In this document: positions 56,901-64,000 of the stretch, piece after piece | Layout: each line of letters opens with the position of its first letter | Position numbering within the stretch: the first letter of the stretch is position 1 | Source of the DNA: the human T2T-CHM13v2.0 reference genome, Homo sapiens | Reading direction: 5' to 3' (one strand) | Assembly (NCBI RefSeq): GCF_009914755.1 | Contig: NC_060928.1 | DNA length: 64,000 bases | Made by a program: the position numbers and the translations under genes | The notes under the pieces: generated by a model | The model's database searches: none | What the model saw: the letters and a program-made list of their open reading frames with translations, nothing else | Told to the model about the DNA's origin: nothing

Positions 56901-59900
56901 TAACTTTTTGTTGTTTTTCTTTATGTCTTATTATACTATATCTTGAAAAGCTGTTGTAGCTATAATAATAATGATACTAATTATCATTATTATTATTTTG
57001 ACACAAGGTCTCTCTCTCATCACTCAAACTGAAGTTCACTGGCACAATCACAGCTCACTGCAGTCTCAACTTCTTGGGCTCAAGTGATTCTTCCATTTCA
57101 GCCACTCAAGTAGCTGGGACTACAGGCACACACCACCACACCCAGCTAAATGTATTTTCAGTAGAGACAGGGATTTGCCATATTGCCCAGGCTTTTCTTT
57201 AACTCCTGGGCTCAGGGGATTCTCTCATCTCAGCCTCTCAAGTAGCGGGGACTACGGGCACAAGCCACGACACCCAGCTAACTTACTGTATTTTTAGTAG
57301 AGACAGGGTTTTGCTGTCTTGTCCAGGCTGTTCTTTAACTCCTGGACTCAAGCAATCCACCCACCTCAGCCTCCCAAAGTGCTAGGATTACAGGTGTGAG
57401 TCACTGCACCCAGCCTAGTTATTATTTTTGATTGGCTCATCATTTAGTCTTTCTGATTAATATAGGAGTAGTTTATACACCACAATTACAGTGTTATAAT
57501 ATTCTGTGTTTTTATAGGTGTTTTTCTGTATTCTGTTTTTCCGTGTGCTCACTATTAACAGTGAGTTTTGTTCCTTTAGGTGATTTCTTCTTGCTCATTA
57601 ACATACTTTCTTTCAGATTGAAGAACTCCCTTTAGCATTTCTTGTAGGACAGGTCTGGTGTTGATGAAATCCCTCAACTTTTGTTTGTCTTGGAAAGTCT
57701 TTATTTCTCCTTCACACTTGAAAGATATTTTCACTTCATATGCTATTCTAGGATAAAAGTTTTTCCTTCAGCATTTAAAATATTTTAGGCCACTTTCTCC
57801 CAGCCTGTAAGGTTTGAACTCAGAAGTCTGCTGCCAGATGTGTTGGAGCTCTTTTGTATGTTATCTGTTTTCTGCTCTCGATGCTTTTAGAATCCTTTCT
57901 TTATCCTTGACTTTGGGAGTTTGATTATTAAATGTCTTGCGATAGTCTTCTTTCAGTTAAATCTGCTTGGTGTTTTATAACCGTCTTGTACTTGTATCTT
58001 GATATCTTTCTCTAGATTTGGGAAGTTCTCTGATATTACATCTTTCAATAAACTTTCTCCCCTATCTCTTTCTCTGTCTCCTGTTTAAAGCCAATAGCTC
58101 TTTGATTTGCCCTTTTGAGGCTATTTTCTATATCTTATTGGTGTGCTTTATTGTTTTTATTCTTTTTTCTTCTTTATCTTCTGAATAGCCTGTCTTCAAG
58201 CTCACTAATTCTTTCCTCTGCTGAATCAATTCTGCTATTAAGTTTCTCTGATGCATTTTTCAGTATGTCAATTGCATTTTTCAACTCTTGAATTTCTGCT
58301 TGATTCTTTTCAATTATTTCAATCCCTTTGTTAAGTTTATCTGCTAAAATACTGAATACTTTCTCTGTCTTAGCTTGAATTTCTTTGAGTTTCCTTAAAA
58401 CAGGTATTTTGAATTATCTGTCCGAAAGGGCATATGTCTCTGTTTTTCTAGGATTGGTCCCTGGTACTTTATTTAGTTCATTTGGTGAGGTTATGTTTTC
58501 CTGGATGATTGTGATGATTGTAGACATTTGTCGGTGTTTGGGAATTGAATAATTATGTTTAAATTGTAGTCTTCATAGTCTGAGCTTGTGTTTTCCCCCC
58601 ATTCTTGAGAAGGCCTTCCAGGTATTCAAAGGGACTTGGGCCCCCAGCCCAGTAGTGCTATGGTTTTTGCAGACTTGTAGAGGAACTGCCTTGGTGGTTT
58701 TGAATAAGATCCAGAAAAGTTGTCTGGATTACCAAACAGAGAACTTTTCCCTTACTTTTTTCCCTTTTCCCTTACTTTCTACCAAACAAAAAAGGTCTGT
58801 TTGTGCTGAGCCACCTGGAACAGGGGGTGTGGTGATACAACCACCCCTGCGGTGACCAACACTGGGACTGTGTTGGGTGACACCTGAAGCCAGCATAGCA
58901 CTGAGTCTTGCCCAAGGTCCACTGTAACCACTACCTTGCTACCACCTATGTTCTCTCAAGGCCCTAGGGCTCTAAAATCAGCAGGTGGCAAAGCCAGTCA
59001 TGTTGTGTCCTACTCTTCAGGGTGCCAGGCTCCACCTGGCCCTAGGCAGGTCCAGCAATGCTGTCTGTGAGCCAGGGTTTGGAGTCAAAAGCATTAGAAT
59101 TTTGCCTGATGTTCTATTCTACTGTGGCTAAGCTGGCACTCAGACCACAATATAAAATCCTTCCTGTTTTCTCTCCTCTTTTTCAAGGCAGGGGAGCCTC
59201 TTCCTATAGGCACCACCTCCACTGGCCCACATGGGGGTTCCACCAGGCCACCATCAGTGTTCACTTAAAGCCCAAGGGCTCTTCAGTCAGGCTCTTACAG
59301 TAAATTCTGCCAGGCTTGGAACTCACCTTCAGGGCAGTGGGCTCTCCTCTGGCCCAGCGCTGGTCCAGAAATGCTGTTCAAGAGCTAAGTCCTGGAATTG
59401 GAGACCCCAAGAGCCTGATTGTTGCTCTACCCCAGTGTGGCTGAGCTGGTACCTAAGGTAAAAGACAATGTCCTCTTTACGTTTCTCTCTGCTTTTATGA
59501 AACAGAAGGAGTCTTCCACCATAGCCACCACAGCTGGAAATATTCTGAGTGACACCTGTAGTCAACACGACTCAGAGCCCAAGACCCACGGTATACAACC
59601 TGAATATCACTCCTGTTATTCAGGGCCCCAGGGCTCTTGAGTCAGCAGATAATGAATCCTGCAAGGACTGGGTCCTTCTTTTCAAGAAAGCAGGTTTCCT
59701 TTTGGTTGCAGGGTGCTAGGGACTGGATTGGGGACCTCAGGACTCTGCATGGTGCCCTTTCCTACTGTGGCTGAGCTGGTATCCAAGATGCAAAAGAAAG
59801 TCCTCTTTATTCTTCACTCTCCTGCCGTTCAGCAGAAGGAAGGAGACAATGTCATTGCTGTGAGCTACACTGACCGGGGTTGGGGGAGGAGTGGTGAAAG

Positions 59901-60485
59901 CACTTCCTTAGCAACCCTAGCTCATGTTTCCCTAGGTCACATGCCATTCTAGTTCCCTGGCTCTGAGCCAGCCCAGTAGTTGCCAAGGAATTGCAGTTCT
60001 TGTGTCCTTGGTTATCTTTCAAGTTTACCTAGGTTTTGGCCCATGGTGGTGCGGCTTGCTGAGAAACTCAAGTTCTGGCTAATTGGATGCTGATTCCCCT
60101 CTGGCTAGGTCTGGTCCAAATGCTCCCTCCATGAGCGGGCACTGGCTGAGCCCAGCATGTCTTTGCTCTCAGCTATAACAGGGAAGCACTGAGTTCAATG
60201 TAAAGTCCTCCAGTCACTGCACTTTCCTTTCCCCAAGTGTACAGGTTCTCTGTGCTACATGGCCGTTGCTGGGGGTGGAGGGATGGTGTCTCTGATTCAA
60301 GACTGTCTCTCTGACCCTCTTCAATGCCTCTTTCAATGACATGAATTTAAAACTAGGTACTGGGATTGCTTACCTGATTTTTGGTTCTTGTGATGGTGCT
60401 TTCCTGTGTGCAGATAGTTGTCAATATTTGGTGTTTTTGCAGGGGCTATAAATGATGTGGTCTTCTGTTCTGCCATATCACTCCA
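53955..60485 (-). mobile_element. L1MA2-4/L1M1-like element with 5'UTR, degenerate ORF1 and ORF2; 3' end missing
   Basis: ORF2 remnants in the ORF track (LNIYAPNT endonuclease motif at 56127-56333; EKQEQT.PK at 55358-55729). GC-richer 5'UTR with repeated 'tgtggctgagctgg'-like units. 5' terminus 'ttctgccatatc'. Confidence 0.85.
56966..57415 (-). mobile_element. AluJ with internal duplication (three monomer-length units), nested in L1
   Basis: Right arm, hybrid arm, left arm. Degenerate TSD tagctataa / tagttatta. Confidence 0.88.
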
Positions 60486-60489
60486 CCCT

Positions 60490-61975
60490 GCTTTCTTGAT
60501 TTCTTTTTCAGGTAATTCATTATTGATGCATAGAAATGCTACTGATTTTTATATGGTGATTTTGTATCCTGAAACTTTACTGAATTCACGTATCAGTTCT
60601 AAGAGTTTTTTGGTGGAGTATCAGGTTTTTCTACATGTGAGATCATGTTATTCGTGAAGAGGCACTATTTGACTTCCTTTATTCCAATTTGGATGCCCTT
60701 TATTTCTTCCTCTTGCCTTTGACTAGGGTTTCCAATACTATGTTGAATAAGAGTGGTGAAAGTGGCCTTTTTTTCTCTGCTTCAGTTCTTAGAGGAAAAT
60801 CTTTCAGCTTTCCCCATTCAGTATGATATTAGCTGTGGGTCTGTCATATATAGCCTTTATTGTATTGAGGTATATTCCTGCTGTACCTAATTTGTTGAGA
60901 GTTTTTATCATGAAGAATGCTGAATTTTATCAAATACTTTTTCTGCATCAATTGTGATGATCATATGGCTTTTGTCCTTCATACTGTTGATGTGATTTAT
61001 CAGGATTTTTTTTTGCATATGTTGAACTATCCTTGTATTCCTGGGATAGGTGCCACATGATCATGATGTGTTATCTTTTTGATATGTTGCTGGATTTGGT
61101 TTGATAGTATTTTGTTGAGGATTTTTGCATCATAATCATAAGAATATTGCCTGTAGTTTTAATTTGTGTTGTGTCCTTCTCTGGTTTTGATATCAGGGTA
61201 GTGCTGGTCTTATAGAATGAGTTAGGAAGAATTTCTTCCTCTTTAATTTTTTGTAATATTTTGAGAAGAATTTATATTTGTTCTTCTTTGAAAGTTTGGT
61301 AGAATACAGGAAGAAAGCCATCTTGTCTTGGACACTTCTTTTTTGGGGGACTTTTTATTACTATTTCAACCTTGTGACCTCTATTGGTCTGTTCAGGTTT
61401 TCTACTTCTTGCTTGTTCAATCTTGGTGGTTTATATGGATTCAGAAATTTATCCATTTCCTTTATGATTTCTAATTTGCTTGCATATAGTTGTTCAAAAT
61501 AGGCTCTAATGATCCTTTGCATGTCTGTGGTATCAGTTGCACTGTCTCCCTTTTTGTTTCTGATTTTATTTGTGTCCTCTCTCTTTTGTTCTTAATCTAG
61601 CTTATAATTTGTGGATTTTTGTATCATTTCAGAAAACCAAATTCACTTTTTCTTAATAATCATTTGTATTGTTTTCGTCTCTTTTGCTTTAGTTTTGCTC
61701 TGATCTTTATTATTTCTTTCCTTCTACAAATTTGTGGTTTGGTTGGGTCTTGCTTTTCTAGTTCCTTGGGGTGCATTGTCAGATTGCTTACTTGAAATCT
61801 TTCTACTTTTTAAAGGTAGGCACTTATTGCTACAAATTTTCCACTTAGATTTTGCTATATCCCATAGATTTTTTTTATTTTGTGTTTCAATTTTCATTTG
61901 TTTCAAAAAATTTTTCGATTAATTTTGTCTTAATTTGTTCATTGATTCAATGGTTGTTCAGGTGAATGTTATTTA
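60490..61975 (-). mobile_element. L1M ORF2 fragment (probable continuation of the 52015-53656 element)
   Basis: Antisense L1 ORF2 ('tagaaatgctactgatttt', 'NLWDIAK' in the ORF track). Confidence 0.8.
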
Positions 61976-64000
61976 ATTTTGTTTTTTATTATACTTCAAG
62001 TTCTAGGGTACGTATGCACAACGTGCAGGTTTGTTACATATGTATACATGTGTCTATGTTGGGTTGCTGCACCCATCAACTCTGTTGGGTTGCTGCACCC
62101 ATCAACTCTTCATTTACATTAGGTATTTCTCCTAATGCTATCCCTCCCCTAGCCCCCCAGCCCCCACCCCTGACAGGCCCTGGTGTGTGATGATCCCCAC
62201 CCTGTGTCCAAGTGTTCTCATTGTTCAACTCCCACCTATAAGTGAGAACACGCAGTGTTTGGTTTTCTGTCCTTGTGACAGTTTGCTGAGGATGATGGTT
62301 TCCAGCTTCATCCATGTCCCTGCAAATGACATGAACTCATCTTTTTTATGGCTGCATAGTGTTCCATGGTGTATATGCGCCTCATTTTCTTAATCCAATC
62401 TATCACTGATGGTCATTTGGGTTTGTTCCAAGTCTTTGCTATTGTGAATAGTGCCGCAATAAACATATGGGTGCATGTGTCTTTATAGTAAAATGATTTA
62501 TAATCTTTTGGGTATATAACCAGTAATGGGATTGCTGGGTCAAATGGTATTTCTAGTTCTAGATCCCTGAGGAATCACAACACTGTCTTCCACAATGGTT
62601 GAACTAATTTACACTCCCACCAACAGTGTAAAAGCCTTCCTATTTCTCCACATCCTCTCCAGCATCTGTTGTTTCCTGACTTTTTAATGATCACCATTCT
62701 AACTGCCATGAGATGGTATCGCATTGTGGTTTTGATTTGCATTTCTCTGATGACCAGTGGTGATGAGCATTTTTTCATGTGTCTGTTGGCTGCATAAATG
62801 TCTTCTTTTGAGAAGTGTCTGTTCATATCCTTCACCCACTTTCTGATGGGGTTGGTTTTTTTTTTTGTAAATTTGTTTAAGTTCTTCATAGATTCTGGAT
62901 ATTAGCCCTTTGTCAGATGGGTAGATTGCAAAGATTTTCTTCCATTCTGTAGATTACCTGTTTACTCTGATAATAGTGTTTTTTTTTTTTTTTTTGCTGT
63001 ACAGAAGCTCTTTAATTAGATCCCATTTGTCTATTCTGGCTTTTGTTGCCATTGCCTTTGGTGATTTAGTCATGAAGCTTTGCCCATGCCTACGTCCTGG
63101 ATGGTATTGCCTAGGTTTTCTTCTAGGGTTTTTATGGTGTTAGGTCTTACGTTTAAGTCTTTAATCCATCTTGAGTTAATTTTTGTACACGGTGTAAGGA
63201 AGTGATCTAGTTTCAGCTTTCTACATTTGGGTAGCCAGTTTTCCCAGCACCATTTATTAAATAGGCAATCCTTTCTCCATTGCTCGTTCTCTGTTTTGGT
63301 ACCAGTACCATGCTGTTTTGGGTACTGTAGCCTTGTAGTATAGTTTGAAGTCAGGTAGCATGATGCCTCCAGCTTTGTTCTTTTTGCTTAGTGTTGTGTT
63401 GGCTATGTGGGTTCTTTTTTGGTTCCATATGAACTTTAAAGTCGTTTTTTCCAATTCTGTGAAGAGAGTCAGTGGTAGCTTGATGGAGATGGCATTGAGT
63501 CTATAAATTACCTTGGGCAGTATAGCCATTGTCTCGATATTGATTCTTCCTATCCATGAACATGGAATATTCTTCCTTTTGTTTGTTTCTTCTTTTATTT
63601 TGTTGAGCAGTGGTTTGTAGTTCTCCTTGAAGAGGTCCTTCACATCCCTTGTAAGTTGGATTCCTAGGTATTTTATTCTCGTTTTAGTAATTGTGAATGG
63701 GAGTTCACTCATGATTTGGCTCTCTGCTTTTCTATTATTGGTGTATAGGAATGCTTGTGATTTTTGCACATTGATTTTGTATCCTGAGACTTTGCTGAAT
63801 TTGCTTAGAAGCTTAAGGAGATTTTGGGCTGGGACAGTGGGGTTTTCTAAATATACAATCATGTCATCTGCAAACAGGGACAATTTGACTTCCTCTTTTC
63901 CTAATTGAATACTCTTTATTTCTTTCTCTTGCCTGATTGCCCTAGCCAGAACTTCCAACACTATGTTGAATAGGAGTGGTGAGAGAGGGCATCCTTGTGT
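61972..64000 (-). mobile_element. L1PA (L1PA6/7-like) 3' part, continuing past the window end
   Basis: Primate L1 3'UTR and ORF2 remnants: FADDM RT motif in 63257-63961; Cys-rich C-terminus CWRGC...HCWWECK in 62575-62889. Confidence 0.93.
63257..63961 (-). pseudogene. L1 ORF2p reverse-transcriptase fragment (disrupted)
   Basis: 234-aa ORF with [15 protein letters not shown] and KYLGIQLT. The frame is broken by a deletion near 63285. Confidence 0.88.

Noticed and set aside
59100-59790. Spaced repeats of 'tgtggctgagctgg' suggesting a CRISPR-like array
   Set aside because: Three degenerate units ~300 bp apart inside an L1 5'UTR, which has internal repeats. Eukaryotic context with no cas genes.
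62575-63961. Active reverse transcriptase or novel RT system
   Set aside because: Ordinary L1PA ORF2 remnant with an internal deletion near 63285 and broken frames.

Overview
AT-rich primate (human-like) genomic DNA. It is centred on the CpG-island promoter and first coding exon of UNC5C (netrin receptor), on the minus strand. CDS exon 1 is 35994..35871 (124 nt, MRKGLRATAARCGLGLGYLLQMLVLPALALLSASGTGSAAQ, phase-1 donor CAAG|GTAAGG). Positions 1-35870 are the start of intron 1, and I saw no exon 2 in the window. Positions ~36.3-39.6 kb probably carry the divergent lncRNA UNC5C-AS1. The rest is interspersed repeats: Alus, MIR/L2, MaLR/ERVL LTRs, hAT/Tigger MITEs and a nested L1 cluster at 52-64 kb. 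Almost all ORF-track entries are spurious or TE-derived. I found no evidence of a novel multi-gene system. The most notable items are repair and retrotransposition scars (a ~300-bp inverted L1 copy at a deletion junction, an iterated inverted micro-insertion, a twin-primed L1 with TSD, a trimeric AluJ) and non-B-DNA motifs around the promoter. Repeat subfamily calls come from recalled consensus sequences. Boundaries are approximate unless a TSD is quoted.
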